UHGV virus genome: UHGV-0206542 | Reading direction: 5' to 3' (one strand) | DNA: 37,906 nt | Source: a virus | The notes under the pieces: model-generated | What the model was told of the DNA's origin: nothing | The model's database searches: none | Seen by the model: the letters and a program-made list of their open reading frames with translations, nothing else | Program-made: the position numbers and the translations under genes | Part shown: positions 27,210 through 36,031 of the stretch, piece by piece | How positions within the stretch are numbered: position 1 is the stretch's first letter | Layout: each line of letters begins with the position of its first letter

Positions 27210-27788
27210 TCAATGCATAATCGGTGCTTCTGGCACACCTTCGATCTGGATGTGTTCGATAAAGCTGTCATGGAGGAGGTTAAACCCCTCCCGGCCAAGT
27301 GCTGATAACCTGAACCCAAATTCTTCGTCAGCAATAACCATGTCCTGATACATCCGCAGCGCCAGCTGCTGGCCAACCTCTGGCCCATATTTCTCGATTG
27401 CCCCCAGCTCAATATGGTTGGCGAGTGCAAAGCGTTCAGGTCCCGGATAGACGCTAATGGCGCCATGCTTGCTGGAATAGATAACAGCAGTATCAACACC
27501 GCCATTATCATTCGGAACGTCGACAGTTCCGTTTTTCTCCAGCTCCTCAGTGATGAACACGGCAGCCAGTAACCAGCGCCAGAGGATCAACTCTTTTTCG
27601 ATATTGAGCGTGATCCAGTTGCTTTCTACCGCTTCCATGATGCAGGCCAGAATTTCCATTCCATCGGCAAGGTGTTTGTCATAGCGACCGTTATCCAGCA
27701 GGCGAATAGCAGCGGAGTAGCCAATCACCCGGTTTCCAGACCGGATCCCTGTTGAGGTTGGTTCCGGGTTAAGCATGTTCTGAAGCAT
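27210..27788 (-). CDS. hypothetical early protein
   Basis: 192-aa ORF, coupled overlaps with both neighbours. Confidence 0.5.
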   Translation of the reverse strand: MLQNMLNPEPTSTGIRSGNRVIGYSAAIRLLDNGRYDKHLADGMEILACIMEAVESNWITLNIEKELILWRWLLAAVFITEELEKNGTVDVPNDNGGVDTAVIYSSKHGAISVYPGPERFALANHIELGAIEKYGPEVGQQLALRMYQDMVIADEEFGFRLSALGREGFNLLHDSFIEHIQIEGVPEAPIMH

Positions 27789-28209
27789 TGCGCACCTCTG
27801 CTGGTTTACAGGCCTGCAGTTCTTCGCGCTCTTTCACGTAGCGGTCGTGCATGGCATCCCACTTTTCGCACCACTTTTGCATTTCTCTTTTGCGGGCGAG
27901 GATGCGACGCAGCCGGCGAACGGTACGCTGGTGGGCGTTGAAATATTCCGTGGTGACGGCGCCACGTTGCCAGCTACTCAGTTCTGGATTCAGTGGATGA
28001 ATTACCTGCACGTCCGGATAACGCTGCTTGAAACCAGAACGCCCAAAAGCTCGGGAGGTCATGAAGAACGCCAGGTAACGAATTGCGGTATCCCGGCTGA
28101 AGCACCGCTTCATGCGTCCGTGGCGGATCGCGGCGAACAGATCACCAACTGGCGTTGGGTGCTTTTGCAACGCCAGGTCAATGGCGCTGACAGTTCTGTT
28201 GTCAATCAT
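27769..28209 (-). CDS. hypothetical early protein
   Basis: 146-aa ORF, basic. Confidence 0.45.
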   Translation of the reverse strand: MIDNRTVSAIDLALQKHPTPVGDLFAAIRHGRMKRCFSRDTAIRYLAFFMTSRAFGRSGFKQRYPDVQVIHPLNPELSSWQRGAVTTEYFNAHQRTVRRLRRILARKREMQKWCEKWDAMHDRYVKEREELQACKPAEVRNASEHA

Positions 28210-28424
28210 TTGTCTTTCTCCCGGTTATAGGTTTCATGACTCATAACTTCCCAGTTCCGGCCATCGTCTTTCGATAACAGGCGCCAGCGTGGGTTAACCT
28301 TCAGGCTGAGGTAGCCGGTGCGGCGCATTCGCCGCGGGAATATCCGCCGGCGCCGATACCGCAGAAGGACCTGCAGCGCCTGTAGGTGAACCCTCTCAGG
28401 AATTCGTATCGCTGTCAGTGCCAC
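28206..28424 (-). CDS. hypothetical small protein
   Basis: 72-aa Arg-rich ORF, overlapping start/stop with neighbours. Weak call. Confidence 0.3.
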   Translation of the reverse strand: MALTAIRIPERVHLQALQVLLRYRRRRIFPRRMRRTGYLSLKVNPRWRLLSKDDGRNWEVMSHETYNREKDK

Positions 28425-28650
28425 CAGCTACCTCCTCAAATCTCAGTTCCATTTCGCGCGCCATTTCGATAAACGTGGCCAGTGAGCAAATGTGCTCGTC
28501 GTCGAACAGCTTGCGGTCGCATGTCACCCTCCCGTTCTCGATGTGCACGACTACCCGCCCGGTAAAATCAGGGAGGACATGCAGATCCACGTTCAACACG
28601 GGGCGGGGGATCAGCACACCCTGATAGAGCATTGTTTGCTGGTTATTCAT
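28396..28650 (-). CDS. hypothetical small protein
   Basis: 84-aa ORF with 8-nt overlap to the upstream gene. Confidence 0.4.
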   Translation of the reverse strand: MNNQQTMLYQGVLIPRPVLNVDLHVLPDFTGRVVVHIENGRVTCDRKLFDDEHICSLATFIEMAREMELRFEEVAGGTDSDTNS

Positions 28651-29008
28651 TGCCGGACTCCGCAGTAACTGGTTTCTGCTTTTTGACGAACTCCACCAGT
28701 TCAGAAATAAGCTCGTCGATTAACTCTTTCCCGCTTTCTGTGAGGAATTCGCCGCTGCCATTAACATCAACAGAGTTGCTGTAAATTCCCTTAAGAGCGT
28801 TCACACCTTCTACATTTCCGTACTCACCGAGCGCTAGTCGCTCGAATTTCCGCAACAATCCATCAAGAAGAATCTCAGTTAATTCGATAGTGCTAATCCC
28901 ACCCTTGTTGAGCTTAATGACAAGTAAGCTACTGCCAGTCTTTCGCTGGTGGCGTAACAAGGCCGCTTTTAAAATTCTGCGTCTATAAGTGCTAATTAAA
29001 TTATTCAC
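28643..29008 (-). CDS. hypothetical protein (AT-rich early-left block)
   Basis: 121-aa ORF. Markedly lower GC than the phage backbone. Confidence 0.5.
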   Translation of the reverse strand: MNNLISTYRRRILKAALLRHQRKTGSSLLVIKLNKGGISTIELTEILLDGLLRKFERLALGEYGNVEGVNALKGIYSNSVDVNGSGEFLTESGKELIDELISELVEFVKKQKPVTAESGNE

Positions 29009-29010
29009 TT

Positions 29011-29109
29011 TTATTTACCGTAAGCCTTTTTTAAATAAAGCATGGCTATAGACCAATAACCAAGTGAGACAAATAACTGAGCTGTTTTAAATGCTTGTTT
29101 ATTAATCAT
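29011..29109 (-). CDS. possible 32-aa single-TM peptide
   Basis: MINKQAFKTAQLFVSLGYWSIAMLYLKKAYGK. Stop lies 2 nt before the next gene's start. Weak RBS. Below the ORF-track size cutoff. Confidence 0.2.
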   Translation of the reverse strand: MINKQAFKTAQLFVSLGYWSIAMLYLKKAYGK

Positions 29110-29177
29110 GGTTACCATTAATTTGATTGCAGAAATACCAGGAATTACTCCTGTAATTAAAATTACTAATTAATTTT

Positions 29178-29375
29178 TTAAGCCGGGTTTTTAGACTCTT
29201 CCTCAATAAGGAAAGCTGCAACTGGCCCAATCAGATCAGCCAAAAGTGAGGCGACAGATTCCACGTCTGAGTCGGTCAGTTTATGAGGGTAGTTCTCAAG
29301 CATCCTCGCCACAATCTCAGCCTGGTAAGCCTTTGATGCTGCTTTTTGCAAAGTGATATCAGACATTTTTAGCAT
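29178..29375 (-). CDS. hypothetical 65-aa acidic protein
   Basis: Overlaps the upstream gene by 17 nt. AT-rich. Confidence 0.45.
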   Translation of the reverse strand: MLKMSDITLQKAASKAYQAEIVARMLENYPHKLTDSDVESVASLLADLIGPVAAFLIEEESKNPA

Positions 29376-29673
29376 CCTTATAACCGGAAGAATATGTTGC
29401 TGAGTTAGCTATTTTATTTGTTGCTATTGCTAATTCAGCGAGGTCTGCAACAACACTAGAAAGCATCATTATTTTATCTTTATTTAATCTCTTTTCTTCT
29501 GCCTCACTCATTATGCTAACCCCTATATGATTGATGGCTTGCAAAATAGATATTGTTTTTGTATCGCAGTCAGTAGCAATTTTGTCGAAATCAATGTTTT
29601 GACATTGCTCTTTATCGGAAGAGAAACGGTAATCAGGTATAGTTACCAGTTGAAAAAATTTCTCTGTACTCAT
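29359..29673 (-). CDS. hypothetical ~104-aa protein, first gene after the CI-proximal operator-like element
   Basis: Start MSTEKFF with RBS ggagtg. The track ORF begins at an upstream TTG. AT-rich. Confidence 0.5.
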   Translation of the reverse strand: MSTEKFFQLVTIPDYRFSSDKEQCQNIDFDKIATDCDTKTISILQAINHIGVSIMSEAEEKRLNKDKIMMLSSVVADLAELAIATNKIANSATYSSGYKDAKNV

Positions 29674-29841
29674 CTTTTGCACTCCATTAATCCGCCAATG
29701 CATAAACAATACATAACGTATTAAATAAGATCAATACAAAACGGAGTATTTTGGTGTATTATTTTACATCGTTTTGTTTTTCAAGGTTTTTTAGTTTCTA
29801 GCGGGGTATTGGAGGCAAAAAAAGCCGCTTTCGCGGCCAAT

Positions 29842-30510
29842 TTATGGGAGGTTGGTGATTTTTGCGTCGACTACAACCCCGATAATACGGCAGTTGCCAT
29901 TGATAGGGATTATTGGGTATTGGGGGTTAAGGGGTTTGAGAAATCTTTGACCGGCATCGATAACAAGCTTTTTGAATGTGGCTTCATTGTCACCGTCAAG
30001 TTTCGCTACAACCAATTTTCCGTTGATTGCTTCCACTTGGGGATCGACAAGTATCGCCATCCCTTCCGGTATGCTCAGCCCTGCTGGTGATGTCATGGAA
30101 TCGCCTCTGACGTCTAACCAGAACGAATCCTCAGAGCATTCAACGGTGGTGTCATACCATCGATCTATCGCTCTACGGTGATACGGTTCTACAGCTTCCA
30201 TCCAATCTCCAGCGCTAACCCAGCTTATAACAGGGTAGCTTCCCTTGGATTCGTTAATGCTATTAAATCTTACATTGTGATCGGCTCTGGAGTCGCTGAT
30301 AGTGCCGTCAGCATTTACTACGAAGCCGGGCATTTTCAATATGTTAAAAATCTTAGCTATAACCTCTAAGTTCGGTTCACGTCTGGCGTTTAACCAATGG
30401 CCCAGCCCGCCCTGCGTTATGCCGAGCGCCTCTGCCAGCTGTTCTTGAGTCATGCCGACTTCTTTCATCCTGGTTTTGGCCAGGTCCTGCCATCTCTGTT
30501 TCATAACCAT
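29842..30510 (-). CDS. cI: CI-like repressor (HTH_XRE + S24 LexA-like peptidase domain)
   Basis: N-terminal HTH (MTQEQLAEALGITQGGLGHWLN). C-terminal VRGDSMTSPAG...LVVAKLDG carries the S24 Ser/Lys dyad. Divergent from the cro-like gene. Confidence 0.85.
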   Translation of the reverse strand: MVMKQRWQDLAKTRMKEVGMTQEQLAEALGITQGGLGHWLNARREPNLEVIAKIFNILKMPGFVVNADGTISDSRADHNVRFNSINESKGSYPVISWVSAGDWMEAVEPYHRRAIDRWYDTTVECSEDSFWLDVRGDSMTSPAGLSIPEGMAILVDPQVEAINGKLVVAKLDGDNEATFKKLVIDAGQRFLKPLNPQYPIIPINGNCRIIGVVVDAKITNLP

Positions 30511-30607
30511 GATTATTACATTCCGTATTTACTGTTCAACTTCCATTTTGTATTATTCTTGTGAGCGTGTATAGTACGATATGTATTATTTATGCGAGAC
30601 TAATCGA
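30511..30607. promoter_or_regulatory. cI/cro divergent promoter-operator region (OR-like)
   Basis: 97-bp AT-rich gap between divergent repressor genes. Promoter-like TTGTAT-16-TATAGT directed at cro. Repeated tgtattatt motifs. A related ~45-nt element lies in inverted orientation just downstream of cI (29695-29745). Confidence 0.5.
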
Positions 30608-30829
30608 ATGAGTGGAATCAAGAGCCTTAGACGCAAAGCAAAGGTAACTCAGGGAGAGCTGGCCGCGCTGATTGATAGCTCCCAGGGGGCCGTTAGCCAC
30701 TACGAAACAGGAAGAAGGATTCCTGATGTTGCAGTCGGGAAGCGGATCGTCAGCGCGTTTAAACAGCTTGGCCTGAATACAAGTTTGGACGAGGTATTTT
30801 CAGATGATGTTGCACGGGATGAGGCCTGA
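30608..30829 (+). CDS. cro: Cro-like HTH (XRE family) regulator
   Basis: KVTQGELAALIDSSQGAVSHYETGRRIP helix-turn-helix, 74 aa, divergent from cI. The start could alternatively be the ATG at 30581. Confidence 0.65.
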   Translation: MSGIKSLRRKAKVTQGELAALIDSSQGAVSHYETGRRIPDVAVGKRIVSAFKQLGLNTSLDEVFSDDVARDEA

Positions 30830-31097
30830 CCACGGTTTGCTCCCTTCTGTGTACGCATCTGCAGATGAAGAATGGATCAAGCAGCAGTTACTGAGCCTGG
30901 CGCCAGCAGCACGACAAAAAGCTATTCAGCGTTATGCAGCTGTGTATCAGGAATCGTTCGAAGCCGAGCCCGTTCCATACCGCAAGGAGAACCGGGCAAG
31001 GCATGAAGCCAATGTGAGGCTTCGCAGATTCGTGGATGCACACGGACGCGCACTGCAGGGGTATACGACCCAGCCACCCCTTGCCGGATCACGGTAA
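30804..31097 (+). CDS. hypothetical protein in the cII position
   Basis: 97-aa ORF overlapping the cro 3' end. No recognised motif. Confidence 0.4.
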   Translation: MMLHGMRPDHGLLPSVYASADEEWIKQQLLSLAPAARQKAIQRYAAVYQESFEAEPVPYRKENRARHEANVRLRRFVDAHGRALQGYTTQPPLAGSR

Positions 31098-31182
31098 CGA
31101 TCCGTTGGTCACCGGGCTTAAAGGTGCCGGGTGATAGCAGGGTAACTACTTTGACTGTTTTTTATCCACTGTATCAGCTTGC

Positions 31183-31293
31183 GAGTACATGGGATGGGGA
31201 AGAGGGAAGAGGGGGGTTTGGGGGGAGTTGGGAGTTAGGGCAGGAATAGCGTCCTTTTCCAACAGACAGGTACATGGGGTAGGTAGGTACCGA
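31183..31293. repeat. G-rich iteron-like tract upstream of the replication genes
   Basis: gtacatgggatggggaagagggaagaggggggtttggggggagttgggagttaggg: at least 7 GGG+ runs on the plus strand. Direct repeat gtacatggg x2. ggtaggtaggtacc. Confidence 0.5.
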
Positions 31294-31405
31294 TCTTGAA
31301 GGCAGAGCCATAAAAGAGCGGCGCACTAGCAAGCTGGTACACGGTATCCCGATAAGAGGTCAGGAAGATATTTCCTGGAAAAGTAGAACTCAAAAAGGGC
31401 TGACA

Positions 31406-33064
31406 ATGCTTAACATCACACCGAACTTTGCACAGGAACGCGGGCTTAACATGCTGCGGCGCACCTGGAAGGCGCACGATTCCTTCATGGTCTATGCACC
31501 GACCGGAAGCGGAAAAACAGGCCTGGCTGCGTTTATCGCTTCCGGCCTGGTCAGTCGTGGTATGCGTGTTCTGTTTGTCGCCCCGTATACGATCCTGATT
31601 AACCAGACCGCCCAGCGCTTTACAGAATACGGGTTGCCGAAAGACCAGATTAGTTTTATCTGGCGTGATCACCCGAACTACGACCCTAATCTGCTGATCC
31701 AGATTGCGAGCGCTGACACGCTAATCAGGCGTGAATTTCCACAAAACATCGATCTGCTTATTGTCGATGAGGCGCACCTGCGTAAACGCCGTATCCTGAA
31801 AGAAATCGAACGGATCACAGCGGAGAAAAAAGCGAAGGTTATCGGTTTATCTGGTACCCCTTTTGCGCCGTTCCTTGGCCATTACTATCAACACCTGATT
31901 AAGCCAACGACGATTGGCGAATTGATCCAGCGTGGTGACCTCAGTAAGTACGAATTTTTCGCCCCAACAAAACCAGATCTTAGCGGGGTAGAAACAAAGC
32001 CATCTATGGAGTTCGGTACTGATTACGACGAGTCCCAACTGGCGGAAATCATGTGCGGTTCTGACCTGGTGGGCGATATCGTCGATAACTGGCTTCGTCA
32101 TGGTCGTGACCTTCCTACGGTGGCGTTCTGCGTTAACAAGGCTCACGCAAACTTTGTAACCATGCAGTTTAACAAGGCGGGTATTAATGCTGAGGTCATG
32201 GTCGCAGAAACACCCCACGAAGAACGGCAGGTGATGATTCATCGCTTCGAGACTGGCGCCACAAAAATAATCGTCAGTGTTGGTGTTTTGGTAGCCGGTT
32301 TTGATAGCGATGTTCGCTGCATTATCTACGCCCGGCCGACAAAGAGTGAAATCCGCTGGTTGCAGGCGCTTGGCCGCGGACTGCGAACTGCACCCGGGAA
32401 AGATGCCTGCCTGATTTTTGATCACAGTGGCACTGTGCATCGCCTCGGCTTCCCTGACTCCATCGAATACGACGATCTGCCATCCCAAAACGACGGCATG
32501 AAAGCGGCCGCTGCCGGCGCAACTAAGGAACGCGAAGAAAAACTTCCGAAAGAATGCCCCGAATGTCATTTCATGAAGCCATCCGGAGTTTACGTCTGCC
32601 CAAAGTGCGGATTTAAACCGCTCGTTGGTCAGGACGTCGAGACTGACGGCACCCGCAACATCAAAAAAATGAGCAAGCACGAAACGGTTTATACCAAAAG
32701 CGACAAGCAGTCCTGGTGGAGTCAGATCAAGTTTTACCAGCGTCATCGTGCGGCGCAGGGGAAACCTGTCAGCGATGGCTGGTGTGCTCATACCTTTCAG
32801 GAGAAATTCGGCGAATGGCCCAACGGCTTAAGCGACTTTCCAATGGAGATCACACCGGAGGTCAGCAATCACATCAAACACAAACTTATCAAATTTGCTA
32901 AACGCCGCGAACGCCTGCAGCAGATGGGGAGGAAACCTGACCAGGATCTATTTCCACCTCAGAGCGCCAGTATCAAATATGAGCCTCCTGAGGGCAGCGA
33001 TGGGCAATTAATTATCGAAGCAAAACGAAAGTTTCAGGAAAACGTAAACAGAGTGAGTCAGTGA
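31406..33064 (+). CDS. SF2 DEAD/DEAH-box replicative helicase with C-terminal zinc ribbon
   Basis: Walker A APTGSGKT. DEAH box LLIVDEAHL. Motif VI-like QALGRGLR. CPECH...CPKCG zinc ribbon. Confidence 0.85.
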   Translation: MLNITPNFAQERGLNMLRRTWKAHDSFMVYAPTGSGKTGLAAFIASGLVSRGMRVLFVAPYTILINQTAQRFTEYGLPKDQISFIWRDHPNYDPNLLIQIASADTLIRREFPQNIDLLIVDEAHLRKRRILKEIERITAEKKAKVIGLSGTPFAPFLGHYYQHLIKPTTIGELIQRGDLSKYEFFAPTKPDLSGVETKPSMEFGTDYDESQLAEIMCGSDLVGDIVDNWLRHGRDLPTVAFCVNKAHANFVTMQFNKAGINAEVMVAETPHEERQVMIHRFETGATKIIVSVGVLVAGFDSDVRCIIYARPTKSEIRWLQALGRGLRTAPGKDACLIFDHSGTVHRLGFPDSIEYDDLPSQNDGMKAAAAGATKEREEKLPKECPECHFMKPSGVYVCPKCGFKPLVGQDVETDGTRNIKKMSKHETVYTKSDKQSWWSQIKFYQRHRAAQGKPVSDGWCAHTFQEKFGEWPNGLSDFPMEITPEVSNHIKHKLIKFAKRRERLQQMGRKPDQDLFPPQSASIKYEPPEGSDGQLIIEAKRKFQENVNRVSQ

Positions 33065-33065
33065 T

Positions 33066-34028
33066 ATGAAAACAGCAGAAGCTGCAAAAGGTCGGTGGGC
33101 TGAAATCTTTGAATATTACGGCTTACCTCCTTTCACCGGGAAACACCATTACAAGGGCGAGTGTCCGGTATGTAAGGCGAGGGGGAAGTTCCGCGTAGAT
33201 GACCGTGATGGTCAGGGTACATGGATTTGTGTATGTGGTAGCGGCGACGGCATGAAGCTGCTGACCCTGACCCAGTCAAAAAGCTTTTCCGCCATTTGCG
33301 CAGAAGTGGACCAGCTCATCGGGAATAACTATCAGCGCATCAACGTGCCTGCTAACAGTTCGGCGGCGCGGCAGCGCCAGCGAGTCATTAGTAAGTTTTC
33401 AAAGTTGCTCGATTTACGGGGTACTAGCGCGGCTGGTTACCTTCTGCAACGTGGGATAAGCCGCCTGCCGGCAGAAGGCATCCGTTTTTGTGACCGCCAA
33501 CGCCATGCGGGGCGCGTTTATCAAGCGCTGTATGCCCTGGCTACCGATGACAAAGCTGAGCTTTGTTACCTGCACCAGACGCTGCTGGACGGCGACAGGA
33601 AGGCAGATATTGATAGCGCCAAACGTCTTAAGTCGCTTCAAGAGGACAGCTATCTGGATCACGCCCGCTCTGTGGCCATTCGCATGTTTCCGGTATCAAC
33701 GACGATCGGCATCGCCGAAGGTATCGAAACAGCACTCTCCTGTTATCAGGTTTATGGCGTCAATACCTGGGCGGTAATCAACAGCGGGTTTATGAAGAAA
33801 TTCCGGGTACCGGCAGGTGTGAAGCATCTGATTATTTTTGCCGACATGGACAAGCACTCTGCAACTGGACATGCCGCGGCGTTCGAGTGCGCCCACGCAA
33901 ACCTGCTGGCGAAAAACGATCTGGTAAAAGTCAGCATCCGCTGGCCCGATAACGGTGATTTTAACGACATGCTCATGAACGGTGATCAGGTTCGAGAGCA
34001 GGTATTTTACAAAAAGGTGGCTGCATGA
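33066..34028 (+). CDS. DNA primase (zinc-binding domain + Toprim)
   Basis: N-terminal CPVC...CVCG zinc ribbon (P4-alpha-type). Toprim IGIAEGIETALS and IIFADMDKH (DxD). Immediately follows the helicase. Confidence 0.8.
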   Translation: MKTAEAAKGRWAEIFEYYGLPPFTGKHHYKGECPVCKARGKFRVDDRDGQGTWICVCGSGDGMKLLTLTQSKSFSAICAEVDQLIGNNYQRINVPANSSAARQRQRVISKFSKLLDLRGTSAAGYLLQRGISRLPAEGIRFCDRQRHAGRVYQALYALATDDKAELCYLHQTLLDGDRKADIDSAKRLKSLQEDSYLDHARSVAIRMFPVSTTIGIAEGIETALSCYQVYGVNTWAVINSGFMKKFRVPAGVKHLIIFADMDKHSATGHAAAFECAHANLLAKNDLVKVSIRWPDNGDFNDMLMNGDQVREQVFYKKVAA

Positions 34029-34807
34029 AACTTGAAGCATCGTTAAAGCATTTCAGCCCGCAGGGCATGCATATCAGCGACGACGTAAAAAGCACATCGC
34101 CGAATCGACTGACCGGAACAGATGTTATGGCGGCCATCGGTACCACCAGCAGTCGTGCGCGCTTCGGCCTTGCCGCTTTCCTCGGAAAGGCTGGTATCAG
34201 CAAAACGGACGAACAGCTTGCAATTCAGGCGCTGGCGCAGTTTGCCATCAAAAACGCTCCTAAAAATGTCCGCAAAGCCGCTGGTGACAAGCTCGGCGCC
34301 TGCATGTTGACGCTGGCGCAATTTGCCTTTGCGGAATACTCACGTTCGGCGGCCACCAGAGCAACGTGTCAAAGCTGCAGCGGTACCGGCTTTATTTCCC
34401 GCCATGAAGATGTAATTAAGCACCCCGGTATTTTCGATGCTGACGGTGTCGAAGTGAAGGCCCCAAAGATTAGAAATGAACTGGTGAAAAGGGTCTGTGG
34501 AGTATGCGGAGGAAAGAAAGTGATCCATGCGCGATGCAGATGTGGTGGTAAAGGGGAGGTCTTAGATCGCAAAGCGACCAAAGAACTTGGCGCACCGGTT
34601 TTCAAAACATGTGAACGCTGCTCTGGTAATGGCTTCTCTGTTGTACCCTCTGCGACGGTACACCGCGCCATTCTGAAGCGTCTCCCGGATCTCCATCAGT
34701 CTTCGTGGTCACGCAACTGGAAGCCGTTCTATGAAGGGCTGGTGGATATGCTTCACAAAGGAGAGAGACAGGCAGCGGCTGAATTTGAGAAGGCGACCAT
34801 TTATTGA
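34025..34807 (+). CDS. Cys-rich protein with 4x CxxCxGxG (DnaJ-type zinc finger) in the Q-antiterminator position
   Basis: CQSCSGTG, CGVCGGKK, CRCGGKGE, CERCSGNG. Lies between the replication genes and the late promoter/lysis genes. Function inferred from position only. Confidence 0.45.
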   Translation: MKLEASLKHFSPQGMHISDDVKSTSPNRLTGTDVMAAIGTTSSRARFGLAAFLGKAGISKTDEQLAIQALAQFAIKNAPKNVRKAAGDKLGACMLTLAQFAFAEYSRSAATRATCQSCSGTGFISRHEDVIKHPGIFDADGVEVKAPKIRNELVKRVCGVCGGKKVIHARCRCGGKGEVLDRKATKELGAPVFKTCERCSGNGFSVVPSATVHRAILKRLPDLHQSSWSRNWKPFYEGLVDMLHKGERQAAAEFEKATIY

Positions 34808-34848
34808 TGTGATCGAAACAGATGGCGGCAAATTTTTGCACGATAGAG

Positions 34849-34878
34849 TTGACTTTGCATAAAATTGTCCTGTATTCT
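34849..34878 (+). promoter_or_regulatory. candidate sigma70 promoter (late, pR'-like)
   Basis: TTGACT -18 bp- TATTCT, 40 nt after the Q-position gene. Confidence 0.4.
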
Positions 34879-35218
34879 TCTAATCATGGATACGTACATC
34901 CAAATGAAACTGATTCTGAACCCTGCCAACCGGCGGGGTTTTGCTTTTCTGGGGGAAGCGATGCAGCAGCCATATTTTTTTAACCCGGGCATGACCACTC
35001 AACAGCTTGAAGACTGGCTTGGACAACAGAAAATCTATCTTGCCCACTTCAACCGTCTGATAGCAGAAAAAGCCGCTCTTGAGGAGCGGCTAAGTCAGAT
35101 CTCTGCGGAGATTGGGCGAGTCGCTACTGGTAGCTTTGAAGGAATGCTGAGTTTTCCCTGGGATCCCAGTCCTCTTGTGGAAAATCCTCAACAGGATAGT
35201 GGCCAGTCGGCAGATTGA
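34865..35218 (+). CDS. hypothetical protein
   Basis: 117-aa ORF. Real start probably internal (MDTYIQ or MKLIL). 3' end overlaps convergently with the minus-strand ORF, so one of the two may be spurious. Confidence 0.35.
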   Translation: MSCILLIMDTYIQMKLILNPANRRGFAFLGEAMQQPYFFNPGMTTQQLEDWLGQQKIYLAHFNRLIAEKAALEERLSQISAEIGRVATGSFEGMLSFPWDPSPLVENPQQDSGQSAD

Positions 35219-35570
35219 GTGACGCCAGGACAGCGGCAGCATCTTCTGACATATAACTGGGCTTTAGTTGACTGGCAATGATAAAGAGACAGTCGTTTAG
35301 CGAGAGTCTTCTAATCTCTTCAGGTTTCCACTTGGTCATTTCGAAGATAAGGTGATGAAGAGCCTTATCGTTATCAAGATAATAATAATCCGATGAAAAA
35401 TGTTTCCTGTACTCATCGAGAATACATTCAAGAGTGAATATTTGTCCTATTCGATACCAAACCTGCCTGGCTCTGTAACTGTGTGAGTCTGCCAGTAATG
35501 TTTGGGGGAAGTTGTTATTTTGACAAACCCGGGACTTGATTACCTGTAAAAGGTCTGAGTACTTACTCAT
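35124..35570 (-). CDS. hypothetical AT-rich moron protein
   Basis: ~149 aa from MSKYSDLL. Tyr/Asp-rich, low GC. Between the Q-position gene and the lysis cassette. Confidence 0.45.
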   Translation of the reverse strand: MSKYSDLLQVIKSRVCQNNNFPQTLLADSHSYRARQVWYRIGQIFTLECILDEYRKHFSSDYYYLDNDKALHHLIFEMTKWKPEEIRRLSLNDCLFIIASQLKPSYMSEDAAAVLASLNLPTGHYPVEDFPQEDWDPRENSAFLQSYQ

Positions 35571-35696
35571 ATTTTCACCAGTTGATGTTTTAATCATTTG
35601 CGAATCAATTTTATCAAAGAGAAAAACAAGCCGCTACACGCTGATAACATCAGGCTGGGCGGTTATGGTGAGCCGATACCTCAGACAAGCAGAGTA

Positions 35697-35725
35697 TTGA
35701 AACCAGAAAGACTGAATGTTAAATT
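35697..35725 (+). promoter_or_regulatory. candidate sigma70 promoter for a short structured leader RNA
   Basis: TTGAAA -17 bp- TAAATT. ~140 nt upstream of a strong terminator. Confidence 0.4.
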
Positions 35726-35731
35726 TCTGGT

Positions 35732-35894
35732 GTGGTGAATCCCCCTATGCGGAGGGGCATTGCCAGTCTGATATGTTTTTTTGCGCATTGCGAGTCGTCT
35801 GTGGACTGGCGGCGACTTACCGGGAGGCACCCGGCACCACACCTAATAAAAAATGATGATAGCTGTAAGGCCCACTTCGGTGGGCTTTTTCTTT
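35732..35894 (+). ncRNA. candidate structured late-leader RNA (6S-like pR'-tR' transcript)
   Basis: Predicted transcript from the 35697 promoter. 5' GGUGUGGUG (35732-40) is exactly complementary to CACCACACC (35838-46). Internal ccggg-aggca-cccgg hairpin. Ends in a UUCG-tetraloop terminator. Confidence 0.35.
35868..35894 (+). terminator. rho-independent terminator (UUCG tetraloop)
   Basis: ggcccac-ttcg-gtgggc followed by tttttcttt. Confidence 0.75.
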
Positions 35895-35895
35895 G

Positions 35896-35928
35896 GGCAA
35901 AAAAAAGCCCGCATGGTTTCATGCAGGC
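35896..35928 (-). terminator. rho-independent terminator (minus strand)
   Basis: Minus strand reads gcctgcatg-aaac-catgcgggc followed by tttttttt. Confidence 0.65.
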
Positions 35929-36031
35929 AAGGCAGTTACATTTAGATTTTGTCCCGGTATATGTTTTTTTGTCCGGAAGTCGAAAGATACTGTCTCGAAG
36001 ACATTTTGTAAATAACGGATTCAAATCACAA

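Noticed and set aside
31847-32791. 314-aa minus-strand ORF antisense to the helicase gene
   Set aside because: No RBS and an implausible composition. The helicase on the plus strand carries Walker A/DEAH motifs.
36000-36031. GGATTCAAATC motif resembling a tRNA T-loop
   Set aside because: No acceptor or anticodon stem structure around it. It sits inside a terminator-rich leader.
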